Position numbers and translations under genes: made by a program. A stretch of 64,000 nt of DNA from Hypanus sabinus (taxonomy: Eukaryota), in NCBI RefSeq assembly GCF_030144855.1, contig NC_082721.1, positions 82,956,001 through 83,020,000 on the forward strand, read 5' to 3'. The notes beneath the pieces are model-generated. The model did no database searches and was not told the DNA's origin. It saw nothing but the letters and a program-made list of their open reading frames with translations. Shown here in pieces: positions 36,051 through 49,260 of the stretch (positions are counted from its first letter, which is position 1; each line of letters starts with the position of its first letter).

Positions 36051-36636
36051 AATGACATTCACTTTTTTATTTATAGTGTAATTCTCATTGAAAATATTCT
36101 GTTTTGTTTGAAATATGGAAGAACTATAATTATACTGAGCAAATATTTAAATGTTGGATTTATATGGAAATTGACAGGGCTGGGTGCAGGCAACCAACTC
36201 CATCGAATCAGTGCCCTTCTTCTTCCCCATATCCCCAAATGAACATAATGATATCTGTCTATCCCTTCTTAAATAGATGTATTATCTTGGACCTCCATAA
36301 CCCTGCATTGAAAATATTCCCAATATCTCCATCTTGTATCCTGAATCTCCAACCATCTTTTAGAATTCCGAGCCAGAGCAAACATCAATCCTGTTTCAAC
36401 TTGTCAAAATACATTGATATTTCTGTGCATTTCAGTTCAATATTCTCCAATTCTAGTGAACAAAGGTCAGTCAACTTAATCTCTTCTCTTCTGAAAGTCT
36501 GTGATATCAGGAATCAGTCTGGTGAATCTCCGCTTCACTGCTTTAGTGGAAAGTACATCCACCATTAGGTACAGAGATCAAAAGTGCACCCAGAACTACT
36601 CTAAATGTTTTCCATTTCCCTGTGTGTCTCTGGCAG

Positions 36637-36915
36637 GTAAACTGAATGGATTTGAGGTTTCGGTCAAAACAAACCCCCCAGCAGTGGAATTTGGACACTC
36701 TCTGGAGGTGACCTGCAGTACAACGTGTAACAACTCAAAGATCTTTGTGGAATATAAACCAGGGATAAATCCCAACAGGACTCATGGTGATAAGTGGTTT
36801 ACAGACCAATTTCCGAGTGTCCAGCAATGGGATTTCTCAGCACCCTGTACTGTAATCTGTCAATATCCGGGAAAACAACCAATGAAGGAAGTCAAACAGG
36901 TGGTCCCAGTGTACA
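36637..36915 (+). CDS. Gene 2 exon 2: ICAM-type N-terminal domain D1
   Basis: Acceptor tctctggcag|GT, donor TACA|gtaagt, 279 nt. FEVSVKTNPPAVEFGHSLEVTCSTTCN closely echoes ICAM-2 D1 (FEVHV..AVE..SLEVNCSTTCN). Two CxxxC pairs (CSTTC, CTVIC) and a Glu in IFVEYK. Confidence 0.93.
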
Positions 36916-37449
36916 GTAAGTGAAATCTCTTGCTCTGAACACATCCCATAGCAGAGTACAACAGGATGAAAGGCAGCAAAATACGATTATGTATCACTTG
37001 AAAACATTACACAGAAAGATGCTGTCATGTATCAGGTGAGGTAGAGAATGGCCTGCTGGGAAATAGATTTACACTTCACTCCCCCACAATGATTTCATAG
37101 TCTCAAATTAGTTCAGGGATTGATATTTAACAGAGACAATTCTACAGAAATGGAGAAAGGAACGTTTGAGAGTGGACAAATTGGTTCTCAGGTTAAAAAT
37201 GTGCTGATATTTCACACTCCAATGCTTTGATACGTTGTACACTGATCTACGGGGAGGTGTGAGGATCCAGTAGGTTAATGGATTTTCATAGCTGGGTTTC
37301 ACAGTTACAGGGACAGATGAAAATTCTTCATTTGCTGTGGTTTGAAGGGAATCATCAAACCGGGAATGTCACAGGGTAGAAAGATTCACATGTAGTTGGG
37401 ATACAGACTGTTCCAATGATTACTGTAATCCTTGATTCTCCTTTGACAG

Positions 37450-37761
37450 ATCGAAACTTAAGCATTGCTCCGCCTCCTGAAGTGCTGGAAGTTAACAAAC
37501 CATATCAGCTGGAGTGCACTGGCCCGAAGGTCTATCCACAGAACAGACTCGTACTCACCTGGCTCAGAGGGAGTGAGACTGTTCAACGTAATTCCACAGA
37601 GGACCCAGGTCTCCCGGAAGATGGTCCATTGAAGAATGTCCTGAATTTCACTCCAAGTATTTCAGACAATGGAATGGTGTACACCTGCTTGGCAGATTTG
37701 AACTTGGATTCTAACTCCACCAAATGGATCGCAAATGCATCTGTAACTCTGCAAACTTACT
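37450..37761 (+). CDS. Gene 2 exon 3: ICAM/VCAM D2-like domain
   Basis: Acceptor ctttgacag|AT, donor TACT|gtgagt, 312 nt. LECTGPKVYPQNRLVLTWLRG..DNGMVYTCLADLNL..LQTY. Confidence 0.93.
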
Positions 37762-37949
37762 GTGAGTTCCACATTAACGATGTTTTCTCCTCCTTCTGAA
37801 AATAGATAAAACTTAAATACTTTATGGATAGTTAATACTCAGAAAGAAACCTATGACCATTTTTCATTGCTCTTATTTAATCTTTTTTATGAAATCTGTC
37901 AGTTAAGTATCTTTGACACAGTCAAAAATGTTCAGTTGTCCAAAGTGTC

Positions 37950-38500
37950 ATCCCATTCCCATTCTGATATGTCTATCCATGGCCTCCTCTACTGTCAAGA
38001 TGAAGCCACACTCAGGTTGGAGGAAAAACACCTTATATACCGGCTGAGTAGCCTCCAACCTGATGGCATGAACATTGACTTCTCTAACTTCTGTTAATGC
38101 CCCACCTCCCCTTCTTACCCCATCCTTGACAATATTTAGTTGCTTGTTTTTTGCTCTCTCTCTCTCTCTCTCTCTCTCTGCCCATCACTCTGCCTGTTCT
38201 CCATCTCCCTCTGGTTCTCCCCTCTCCCTTTCTTTCTCCCTAGGCCTCCCGTCCCATGATTCTTTCCCTTCTCCAGCTCTGTATCCCTTTGGCCAATCAC
38301 CTTTCCAGCTCTTAGCTTCACCCCACCCCCTCCGGTCTTCTCCTATCATTTCACATTTCGCCTCCCCTCCTACTTTCAAATCTCTTACTTTCTTTCCTTT
38401 CAGTTAGTCCTGACGAAGGGTCTCAGCTCGAAACGTCGTCAGTGCTTCTTCCTATAGATGCTGCCTGGGTTGCTGTGTTCCACCAGCATTTTGTGTGTGT
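37950..38500 (+). mobile_element. Penelope-like 3' end (GIY-YIG C-terminus and tail) in gene 2 intron 3
   Basis: SHSHSDMSIHGLLYCQDEATLRLEEKHLIYRLSSLQPDGMNIDFSNF is nearly identical to 12190-12339, and the tails are collinear. Confidence 0.93.
38405..38442 (+). ncRNA. Minimal type I hammerhead ribozyme motif with intact core
   Basis: CTGACGA (38410-38416), A-GGG/CTC stem II, GAAAC (38430-38434), GTC (38435-38437). Palindromic ACGT stem III. Stem I pairing is weak in this copy. Confidence 0.55.
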
Positions 38501-38933
38501 TGCAATAAACTGCCTGCCCATTTTTTATCAACAAGAAAATCTTTTTTTAAAAAACTGCCAAAGTCTTGGAATCAACTTGTTATTTATGGACATTTGGGTC
38601 CAAAATGGTAGATCAGGCCCTGGCCTAATTCCTCTGTCACTGCAGATGGAAGAAGCCTAAAGCAGAGCCTCAGGGAGGGAAGACCATCTGACATCAAGAC
38701 AGATGTGAGAAAGCGTGGTAAATTCGGAAGGGTGCTGAAGGCAGCTTTCCATGATTACTGTACGAAGCTTGACTGAATTTCTATAGGCCAAGCAGCTGTA
38801 TGCAGGGGTCTCCAGAAAACATACCTTAATTTACTTTGCAAGGCCTCATTAGTGTGTTCTAACTTTGGAGACATTCTGTACAGTGGTGAGTTTATCAGTT
38901 GGACAACAGGCAGAGACTTCAGCCACCAAACTT

Positions 38934-41420
38934 GTGGACTTGCCTTTACTGGTGTGTGGTAGTTAATGGTGTTGTTCCTCTGCCACTCAGTCAGCCAGTC
39001 CCACATGCGAAGAGTTCACATATTGTACAAGCAGGGTTATCAATAAAGTTCAGTTGATATCTTACATGCTGGCAGCCTGATCTGCTCTGCACTATCTCTT
39101 AATAACAAACACAACATGGTGTCAGAAGTGGTTGAACATCGATAAATTGGTGCAAGTGAGAAAGAAAGAATTTACAGTAAAGCTGTTGTTGTTCACATCT
39201 TTGAAAAATGTTCAGAGACTTCACCTACACTGTCTTTGCTAGTTTGCTAAATGAGCTGAGAAAGAGCCAGGGTTGCTAGGCAACATCTTCAATTTACACC
39301 CAAATGTGGATACATTGTGATAGTCTGGGGAAGTTCACAGCCTCCGCTAGCCTGGGGAAGTGCACAGAGGCATAGCAGAGAAATCAGAGAAGTCAGTCAA
39401 ACTCTCAGGGAGAGAAAAGAAGATTTTTGTAGTCCAAATAAATAAAACAATAAATAAAGAAGCGAACAGGCAATTGAAGCAAGTACCTCTATTACCTACA
39501 TCTATTTACCTAATAAAGCTCCCCCACCAAGATATCTGATTTCTCTCAACCAGAGGACTTTGAGAGATGGTTCAGATGCTTTCAGAGACTTAGGATTTCA
39601 AGCAATCTCACTCAGGCTTCGGAAGACCATCCAGTAACCATACTGACATGCTGCAGTGGTGTATGGGAACTGCAGGCATATGCATCAAGAACTTCTACTG
39701 AACAGCATTATTCCCAAATTAAAAAGGAGACACTGGCGGTTGTGTGGGCTTGCAAATGTATCAGCTACTACTTGATAGGCATTAAATTCCAATTTGAAAT
39801 GAATACAAGCCTCTTGTCAGCCTCCTTAGCTCAAAACACTTGGATAACTTACCTGCACATCTGCAAAGATTCAGAATGTAGTTTATGCGATAGTGTCATG
39901 ACATTGAACATGTCCCTGGCAAATCTTCCACAACACCACACACTCTATTGAGGATGTCATGCGAAAGTGATGGAAGCTGACTCTGCCTCATTGAAGATTC
40001 AAATATCTGCTTTGCTCAGGTAACTGAAAGTCTTCCTGCATCACAGAGTAAACTGGATGGATTTCATGCTGAGTTAAAAAAGGACAAAATCTACAGCAAC
40101 ATCAGTTAATACTGTCAGTATGGATTCCCAGCTGTTCCAAAAGGAGCTCACAAACTCAGACCTTACTGACTTGAAAGAGACACACTCACCATCCTTGAGG
40201 GTCTGCTGCTACAGGACTCTAGATTAATCATTCCTGCTTCTGTGCGCACCAAAATCATCAGTCAAATCCACCAAGGACATCAAGAAATCGAAAAGCGTTC
40301 CCGAAGAGCAAGGCAATCTGTGATGTGGCTGAGTCTGAGCTCACAGCAGAGAAATTTTGTAAAGCAACTTGAAGCATGCAGAAACCTGCACAAAAATCCT
40401 ACTGAACCTCTCTATCCCACAGAATCCCTGAACTTACCATGGCAAATTGCAGGCATAGACATGCCCGAGATGAGAAGAGGCAAATATCTTCTGAAGAGAC
40501 AGGAAAGGACAGCTTTTGGCTGTGGCTGAGGAGGAAGGACAGAACATGGCGGACTGGCTAACCCCATTGGTAGCTGCAGGAGGTGTCCGGGCAGCATCCC
40601 TGCCACTGCTCCGCCATCAGGAGGTGTCCCAGGGCCAAGGGAGCGGTACATCAGTGAGTGGTGAACCCCGGCGGATGCCCCTGCGGCTGACCTAGGGGCA
40701 CCTTTAGAGCTGTGACAGGCACCAATGCTAAGGAGGAAACTACATCTTCCTGTAAATCTCACTGTGGATTACTGCTCATGGAATGTTGAGGTGTCCAAGC
40801 TGTCCTCCACATCCTCAGCAGCAGTTATACAACACCTAAAAGCTGTATTCGCTCACCATGGAACACCAGAGGTACTTGCATCAGACAGTGGTCCAGAATC
40901 CAGCTGCTCAGAATCAAAGCCTTTGCTAGGGACTGAATTCAAACACCAGACAAGCAGTCCACAGTTCCCACAAGCAAAAGCAGAAGCAGCAAGAGCACAG
41001 CAAACTGTTCAGAGTCTCGTACTGAAGGCAAAAGACGCCTACAAAGCACTGGTAGAGTATCACTCCACATCAGAGCTGTCAATGGGCTGGAGACTGAGAA
41101 CAGGCCTGCCAGTTTTCCCTTCCCATCTCCAACCTCACTTACTGGACTTACATAAAGTGAGAAACTTTGAGACAACACAGTGTGAGAGAATGAAGAGCAT
41201 GCATGTTCTCAGACAGAGAGCAAAATCTCTGTCATCGCTCAGGAGTGGTGAAGCTGTCTGGGTTTCAGACCAATTCACCAAAGGAACAATCATCCAGCAG
41301 CATGCACCACAATCATTTGTGATCAGAACAGGAGGTGAAATCAGGTGGAACAGGCATGCCTTCGTGTGCCTTCAAAATCCATGAAGGGCAGAGAAAGAAA
41401 TAGAGTGGCCTGATCGTTAT
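38934..41420 (+). mobile_element. Decayed Gypsy-type LTR retrotransposon (5' LTR, PBS, RNase H, integrase)
   Basis: LTR-like end ..ACAACA (39116) followed by PBS TGGTGTCAGAAGTGG (39117-39131). KETLAVVWAC (RNase H), IHQGHQ..RARQSVMW..C (HHCC), TVDY, SDSGP. The LTR start is a guess and no 3' LTR was seen. Confidence 0.8.
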
Positions 41421-41725
41421 GACAAAGACCACTTACCTGAGGTGGGCGCACCTGTGTAAGAACCTCAATCCGCTCCAACACTTCCAGGAACCTATTCCAG
41501 ATTGGGTTGTTCATCCATTCCACCAGAGATAGACTCCATAGCCTAATAGGTCAGGGCAAGTGACTAAAGAGACAGAATAATCCTCTCACTTTGCTGGAGT
41601 GTACAGGTAGTCTACCCAGACCTCCATTAGATTTAGTGTTTTTTTTAAGAGTTCCAATGTTGAAAACATTTCACAAAATGAGACTGTTCTTTAAAAATGA
41701 ATTGGTGGAAAAAAAGGAGGAAAAC

Positions 41726-41728
<3 letters not shown>

Positions 41729-41772
<44 letters not shown>
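41729..41772. repeat. (GA)n microsatellite
   Basis: About 22 uninterrupted GA units. Confidence 0.95.
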
Positions 41773-41776
<4 letters not shown>

Positions 41777-43555
41777 TAAAAACCAAGAGAAAGGCAATTC
41801 TATTGTTGGCAGTTCTGTTCCTTTGTGTTTACATATGGAGCATAAGTTACATACTATGGGTAAAGTAACCTGAATCGCTCAATTGCAGTGACTGTAATTT
41901 CAATGCAGTTCTACAGCCAAGACATACATATTGAGATAAACGAGAGAGAATCTGCAGATGCTGGAAATTTGAGCAACACACACAAAATGCTGGAGGAATT
42001 CGGCAGGCCAGGCAGCATCTAGGAAAAGAGTACAGTCAATGTTTTGGGCTTGAAACGCTTCAGCAGGACAGTCCTTCCCAAACATCACACTTCTTCTGAT
42101 GTTTGGTCTGAATAGCGACTGAACCTCTTGACCACAGTGGCATTTTTTTATGCGTTGAGTTGCTGCCACACGATTGGCTGGCCCCCAACTCCTAATGAAG
42201 TAGCCACTAAGCGTAGAAATAAATGGCAGCCATCCTGGCCACTAATTATTTTGCCACCATAAGATCATCCCAGTCTTTGTGCATAGGAATATGTCATGCC
42301 AGAATACAATTCACCTGCCTTTTTCCATTACAAACTTTTGCTAAACAAATTGTTTTCCGGGGCGTATCACTCTTGTGGATGGATGAATAGCTATCACATG
42401 TATGTTGTTTCTAGAAGAGAGGACGTTAAATGATCTATTTCCTAGAATGATATTTCAGGCAAGGTAAAGACAGGGCAACGTGAGAGAGAATCCAATTTAT
42501 AGAATGGATAGATTTTCCCATCCTTAATTAAATTCGTTTAATTCTCATTCAACCATACACAAATACAGCCAAACAAGACAGCGAAGTTACTGAACGCAGC
42601 AGTGACAGTCACACAGCACAAAGCACACATAGCACGTACACGATAGCAAGCGCATAAAGGTATCAGTAAGACACAGCCACACAATAAGAGTCTAGACTCA
42701 AACCGCAAAAATCTGTCGAGCACAATAGAATGTCTTCTGCCAAGCGAACACTAGGGGGCAGCACTTACTCCAGCCTAGATGTCTCACCACACCACCCCTG
42801 GTGGATCATACCGGCTTTGATGCCTCTCTCTCCTTGTAGTTGTAAGCAGGTGAGACCGTGGCTTAAGGCCTAGTCCTCGCATATACAACAGAAGAAGCAC
42901 ATAATGCTTGATTTCCGCAATCATGCAAACATTAGCTTTTATACATAAGTGGCCACATGGTTGGTTTGACTTTGCACCATTCTTCTTAGGACGAACACTT
43001 CCCAACACCAAAGGGGTGTCTGATGGAAACATGTCTGGCTGCAACTGTACACCTTAATAGTTAATAGATGTATTGGTCAAGAGTAGATTCTGATACAGGA
43101 ATACCAAAATAACTTGATAAACTTACACCCTTCACAGTTAATCTAAAGACTGAGTCACAAGAGGGATATTAAAGCCAGGTAGAAGTTAAGCTTACCCTGA
43201 TGTTCATTAATGAGTGCTGGAGAACAAGGCTGAATTTGAATCTGAATATTTGGAAAAAATAAGACCGTAAGATACAGGAGCAGAATTAGACCATTTGGCC
43301 CATCGAGTCTGCTCCAGCATTTCATCATTGTCCCTTTCAGCCTCAATCTCCTGCCCTCTCCCCATATCCCTTCATGTCCTGACCAATTAGGAAATCAGTA
43401 ATCTCATGAATGAAGAGTATGGGTCTACCCAGTGATGGTTTAGGGATGACGGGGTCCCAGGATGTGTGATCTGGCCTGTTTCCAGCTGTGTCCGTCAGTG
43501 TCTGAAACACACCACAACAGAATGATATGCAGTCTATTTCTTGTGTGTCTTGCAG

Positions 43556-43849
43556 CTTTCCCAGAGCATCCCAAGATCTTCAACAGCAACCAAGTAGAAC
43601 TGAATCAGCAGGTCCAGTTAACATGCAAAATCCCAAACGTCTATCCTGCTGAGAAGATGAGAGTAATGTGGACGAAGGATGGTACAAAATGGAAGTCAGA
43701 TACCAAAGTGTCAGATCACTCCACTGTCTGGGCGACAATACCATGGACCCCAAACGAGACCGGTCTGACTCAATTCAACTGTACGGCAGACTTTGAGGAT
43801 TATCCATCCATTCCGTCAAAGATGGACTCCGTTGTTATTGAGGCGTATG
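43556..43849 (+). CDS. Gene 2 exon 4: D3, type A (divergent)
   Basis: Acceptor tgtgtcttgcag|CT, donor TATG|gtaaat, 294 nt. FPEHPK..LTCKIPNVYPAEKMRVMW..FNCTADFEDYPSIP..IEAY. Confidence 0.9.
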
Positions 43850-44589
43850 GTAAATATGCTGGATGTTGTAATTATTATAGGTCCTGATTGTTAGTGCCTG
43901 CCACTATTCCGCAAGATAGTGAGGCTGCTGCAAACATTTGTGGCACAGTTGATTAAAATGACCAAGTAGCCAATGAGTATAATTGACATTGAATTTAACC
44001 AATGAATGGAAGCAAAAGAGAGACACGAGGTGACTATGTTTAACTGTTGTAAACTTGAATGTGGATTGTCTGCCCAAGGCTTGCTACTATCCCATCTTTT
44101 CCTTTGTAGATCAGACTATGATTCATATCAACTCATGACATTTAGTGAAATTAAGATCCAAGGAAAACAAGCATAGTTATGTATAGATAAGAAGTTAGCT
44201 TAAGGACAGAAAACAGGGTTTAGAAAAGATCTATTCTTAAACTGAGAAAAATCCCGCTGATCTAGTCCCTCCTTCCAACTCAATAGTCTAGTCCTGGCAA
44301 CATACTTATAAATCCTTTCTGCACCTTTTTCAGCTCAATGACAACCTAGGCAAACATGACATTCTCCAAAATGTTCCCCAGCTGACACTACTTCCATCTG
44401 ACCAGCTACATTCATCCGGTTAAGGTCTGGTAATGCTCCCTTTACTCATTGTTCTATCCTATACTCAATCAAAAAGCTCTTCTTGTCAGGGTCACTGGCA
44501 AACTCAAGTTCAGGAATCCCAGACACTTTGGCAATTCAAGCAAAACAAGAGATATACAGGATTACAAAAATTGCCAGCAAAGCTAACAA

Positions 44590-44830
44590 GAACTCAGGCA
44601 ACGCACGCAAAATGCTGGAAGAACTCAACAGGCCAGGCAGCATCGAGGAAAAGAGTACAGTCGATGTTTTGGGCTGAAACCTTTTGGTGGGACTGGAGAA
44701 AAAAAAGCTGAGGAATAGATTTAAAAGGTGGGGGGAAGGGAGACAGAGACGCAAGGTGGTAGCTGAAATCTGAAGGGGGAGGGGATGAACTAAAGAGCTG
44801 AGAAGTAAATTGGTAAAAGAGACAACAGAA
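44590..44830 (-). mobile_element. Isolated Penelope tail fragment
   Basis: aaatgctggaagaactcaacaggccaggcagcatc..cagtcgatgttttgggc is the reverse complement of the 38400-38500 tail. Confidence 0.75.
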
Positions 44831-45849
44831 GGCCGTGGAGGAACTCCAGAGGGAGGAGATGGGTGGGCATTCAGGCAGTCTATACAGTACCTTGAAGAAC
44901 TGAAATCAGTTATGATATACAGAAGTCCTCAGTCAGAGCTTTGCCAGACAAGGATTCACAATGACGGAGCAAAGAGGGGGTTGGCAAGTTCTCCTGAAAT
45001 AGTCCCTGGAACACATAGGAATTCTGGCAGCCGCACTGTTGAGATGAAGCAATAGGCCACAAGGACAACAACTACAATACAAGACATTGGAAATCCCGTG
45101 CTAATTCAATTACCCCAAACTGAGTAAAAATGATAAATACAAAGAGAACTTAACAATCCCCATGATCCCAAATGAAACTCCTGCAACACAACCCAGAGCC
45201 AGTCCGAAGACAAACAATTAAACATAAAAAGCAAACAATCCAAGAAAATCCATGAGCTTACACCGAGAAAATAAAAACCACATGCAAACTGAAAAAAAAC
45301 TTTTAAATTAAAAATGACCCCTGGTTGTGATACTTCTGGGCAGATTTCAATCTTTAACTAACTGTGCAATATTTCCTTCCTCTTTCATTCCTTCACCCAT
45401 CCCCCCTCCCCACCCCATTGTCACAGCTGAAAATTCTATATCCTAGAATACTGATTTGACAATCCTGCCATTAGTGATGGCGATATTGTAGACCACTATC
45501 TTAAAGCTTTGAGGTCATCCGCTTTACTGATTATACACTTTGGATTGAAATAAACGCAATTTGGTGGTGGCTTTTCTTCAGGCACACTTACTCACTTGCT
45601 TTGTCTCTAGGCACTCTATCTGAAAAGCTGTTCTGAGCTCCTCCCCCTGCAACACAATTTAAACTTTCCATGAGCAAATCTGCCAGCACGGATGTTAATC
45701 TCCCCCCCGTGGCTAACTTGCAACTCGTTCCACTTATAGAGGTCCCACCTTCCTCAGAAACAGTTCCAATGATACAGGAAGCTGAAATCTATCCTTGAGC
45801 ACCATCCCTTCAGTCACACATTGATCCCACCATTCCCATTTTCACTGGC

Positions 45850-46750
45850 TCGTGCCACCAGAGGCAATCAAAAAGTTAAGGATGTGGTTTCAGGGCACAC
45901 GGAGGCACATGATAAAATAGGCCGTAGTCAGCATGGTTTCCTCAAGGGAAAATCTTGTCCTACAAATGTGTTGGAATTCTTTGAGGAAATAACAAGCAGG
46001 ATAGATAAAAGAGAATCAGTAGATAGTATGTACTTTGGTTTTCAGAAGGCCTTTAACAAGCTGCCGCACATGAGGCTGCTTAACAAGTTAAGATCCTATG
46101 TGCAGGATTCCCTAAATGTTAATTTGCAGGTTGAGTCAGTGGTGAGGAAGGCAAATGCAATGTTAGTATTCATTTCAAGAGGACTAGAATATAAAAGCAA
46201 GGATGTAATGCTGAGGCTTTATAAAGCACTGGTGAGGCCTCACCTTGAATATTGTGAGTCAGAAAGGAGGTGCTGACACTGGAGAGGGTTCAAAGGAGGT
46301 TCACAAAAATGATTCTGGGATTGAATGCTTGTCATATGAGGAGTGTTTGATGGCTCTGGGCCTGTATTCACTGGAATTCAGAAGAATGAGGGTGCCCTAA
46401 TTGAAACCTATCAAATATTGAAAAGCCTCAATAGAGTGGATGTGGAGAGGATGTTTCCTATGGTAGGACCAAAGGAAAGAGCCTCAGAATAGAGGGGTGT
46501 CCTTTTGGAACAGAGATGAGGAGGCAGAGAGCAGTGAATCTGTGGACTTTTCGTTGTCACTGACAGTCATGGAAACCAAGCCTTTACATACATTTAAGGC
46601 AGAGGTTGGTTGATTCCTGATTGGTCAAGGCATGAATGGATTCAGGGAGAAGGCAGGAGGCTGGGGTTGAGAATGAAAATGGATCAGTCATGATGAAATG
46701 GTGGAGCAGATTCACTGGGCCAAATGGCCTAATTCTGCTCTTATATCTTT
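45850..46750 (+). mobile_element. CR1 LINE RT fragments with internal deletions
   Basis: QHGFLKGKSCPTNVLEFFEE, FQKAFNKLPH, LYKALVRPHLEYC, and a CR1 3' UTR. Confidence 0.88.
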
Positions 46751-47519
46751 GCCTAAGTTCTGCTCCTATGTCTAAGTTACAACCTTTAAGCTTCTGCTCT
46801 TTCAATGGGCTCTTTAAAAAAAACGTTATTGTTATTTACATGTACCATGACCTCTGGCTGTTTGCTCAACCATTTCAGAATGTCTGGCAGCCACTGAGAG
46901 ATATCTTTGATCCCAGCTTCAAGGAGGCAATGCACCTGAAAAGTTAGATTGTAGGGGATCCAGGGGGAGATGGCTGATTGGAATCAGAATTGGCTCAGTG
47001 CAAGGAACTAGAGGGTGCTGGTTGAGGTTGCTTCTCTGACTGTGGGCCTGTGTCATGGGGGTTGGTGTGTCGACCTTCATTAGTTGTAATTTATAGAAAT
47101 TATTTGGATGTACCCTTTTCTCGTTGCCACCATCAGGGAGGACGCACAGCAGCCTGAAGACCCACACTCAATGTTTTAGGAAGAGCTTTGTCTCCACTAG
47201 CATCAGATATCTAAAAACTTCATGAGCACTACCTCCTTATTCATCTTTGACACTATCGATTGTAACAGAAATTTTTAAAGCTTTTTCTGTACTGCTGCTA
47301 CAGAACCACACATTTCACAACATGTGTCAGTGGTAACAAACCTGATCTGCTTGTGATAAATGTACAGCCAAGTTTATGGATGATATTACAGTGGTAGCTG
47401 CAGATAGTGTGGAGGTTTATGAAAAATTACAGAAGGTTCTTGATCAGCTGGGTAATGTTGGCTGAGAATTGGCAAACGGTTTGTAATCCAGATAAATATG
47501 ACATATTGCATTTTGGGAG

Positions 47520-48045
47520 ATCCAACCAATGCCTTTGAGTGGAAAATCATGGAAAAGGTAGTGGATTCGGACCAGTACATCCCAGGTAAAATCCTCCCAA
47601 CCATTGAGCACATCTACATGAAATGCTGCTGTAGAAAAGCAGCATCCATCATCAGAGATCCCCACCACCCAGGCAATGATCTTTTCTCACTGTTGCCATC
47701 ACGTAGAAGGTACAGGAGCCTCAGAACTCGCACCACCAGCTTCAAGAACAATTACTACCCCTCAATCACCAGGCTCTCGAACAAAAAGGGAATAACTACA
47801 CTCATTCTACTTCTGGTGTTCCCACAACCAATGGTCTCACTTTAAGAACTCTTTATCCTGTTATTTCATGCTCGTTGTGTATTGCTACTTATTTATAATT
47901 GCATTTGCACAGTTTGTTGTTTGTTGATCCTGTTTACAAGTACTGTTCTATAGATTTGCTGAGAATGTTCACAGGAAAAAAATCTCAGGGTTGCATGTGG
48001 TGACATGTCTGTGCACTGGTAATAAATTTTACTTTGAACTTTGAA
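47520..48045 (+). mobile_element. Rex-Babar-type LINE 3' end with tail
   Basis: LPTIEHIY..RDPHHPG..LFSLLPSRRRYRSLRTRTT. Ends aataaattttactttgaactttgaa. Confidence 0.85.
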
Positions 48046-48889
48046 GCTGGGTAGGACTTTTACAGTGACACTGGGGAGTGTTATGGAGCAGTTCAAGTGC
48101 ACAGTTCACTGAGAGTAGTGTCACAGGTAGATAGGGTGGTGATGAAGCATTTGGCACACTTGATACACATTTGGCACAAATAATTTCCATTATTATATAT
48201 ACTTACTGTAATTTATTATTTTTATTATAATGTATTGCGATAGACCGCCGCCTCAGTTTAACAAACTTCATGATTTACAGTACTCCTGTGACATTAAACC
48301 TGATTCTGATTCACTGGCCTTCATCCCGCAGGGCATTGAGTGCAGAAGTTTGGAAGTTATATTGCAGTTATATAAGATGTTGATGGGGCAGCATTTGGAG
48401 TACTGTTTACAGTTTTGGTCACCCTGTTGTAAGAAAGATGTTATTAAACTAGAAAGAGTGTAGAGCAGATTTACCAGGATTTTGCATGGACATGTGGGGA
48501 GGTGGAGGGGCTGAGGCACAAGGGGATGTTGGGTAGACTGGCACTCTATTCCCTGGAATGTAGGAGGTTGAGGGGTGACCTGATAGGTATCATGAGGATA
48601 ATAGACAGAGTGAAAGCACGCAGTCTTTTTCCAAGAGAGAAAGTGATAAAATCAGGGGACTAGGCTTAATATCAGAGGCGAGAGATTTAAACTTCAAAAG
48701 TTCAAAGTAAGTTTTATTATCAAAGTACATACTGTATATGTCACCTTATATAACCCTGAGATATATACTCAGCAAATCTATAGAATAGTAACTCTAACAG
48801 GATCAATGAAAGATCAACCAGAGTGCAGAAGATAACAAACTGTGCAAACCTAAATTAAAATCAAAAGCAATAAATAGTGAGAACATGAG

Positions 48890-49260
48890 ACAATGATGGT
48901 GGTGTCTGAAAAGAGGATGCTATCCAAGTTGCATGCCATCTTGGACAATGTCTCCCATCCACTCCATAATGTATTGGTTCGGCACAGGAATACGTTCAGC
49001 TAGAGACTCATTCCACCGAGATAGAACACTGAGCGTCATAGGAAGTCATTCCTAGCTGTGGCCATCAAACTTTACAACTCCTCCCTCAGAGTGTCAGACA
49101 CCCTGAGCCAATAGGCTGGTCCTGGACTTATTTCCACTTGGCATGATTAACTCATTATTATTTAATTATTTATGGTTTTATATTGCTATATTTCTACACT
49201 ATTCTTGGTTGGTGCATTTGTAACAAAACCCAATTTCCCTCAGGATCAGTAAAGTATTTC
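48890..49260 (+). mobile_element. LINE C-terminal fragment (Rex-Babar-like, second subfamily)
   Basis: MLSKLHAILDNVSHPLH..TERHRKSFL..AIKLYNS followed by a 3' UTR. Confidence 0.65.

Noticed and set aside
40492-40760. GC-rich insert splitting the Gypsy integrase as a novel gene
   Set aside because: The minus strand begins near TGTCACA like an LTR end, so it is most likely a nested LTR fragment. The ORFs are low-complexity.
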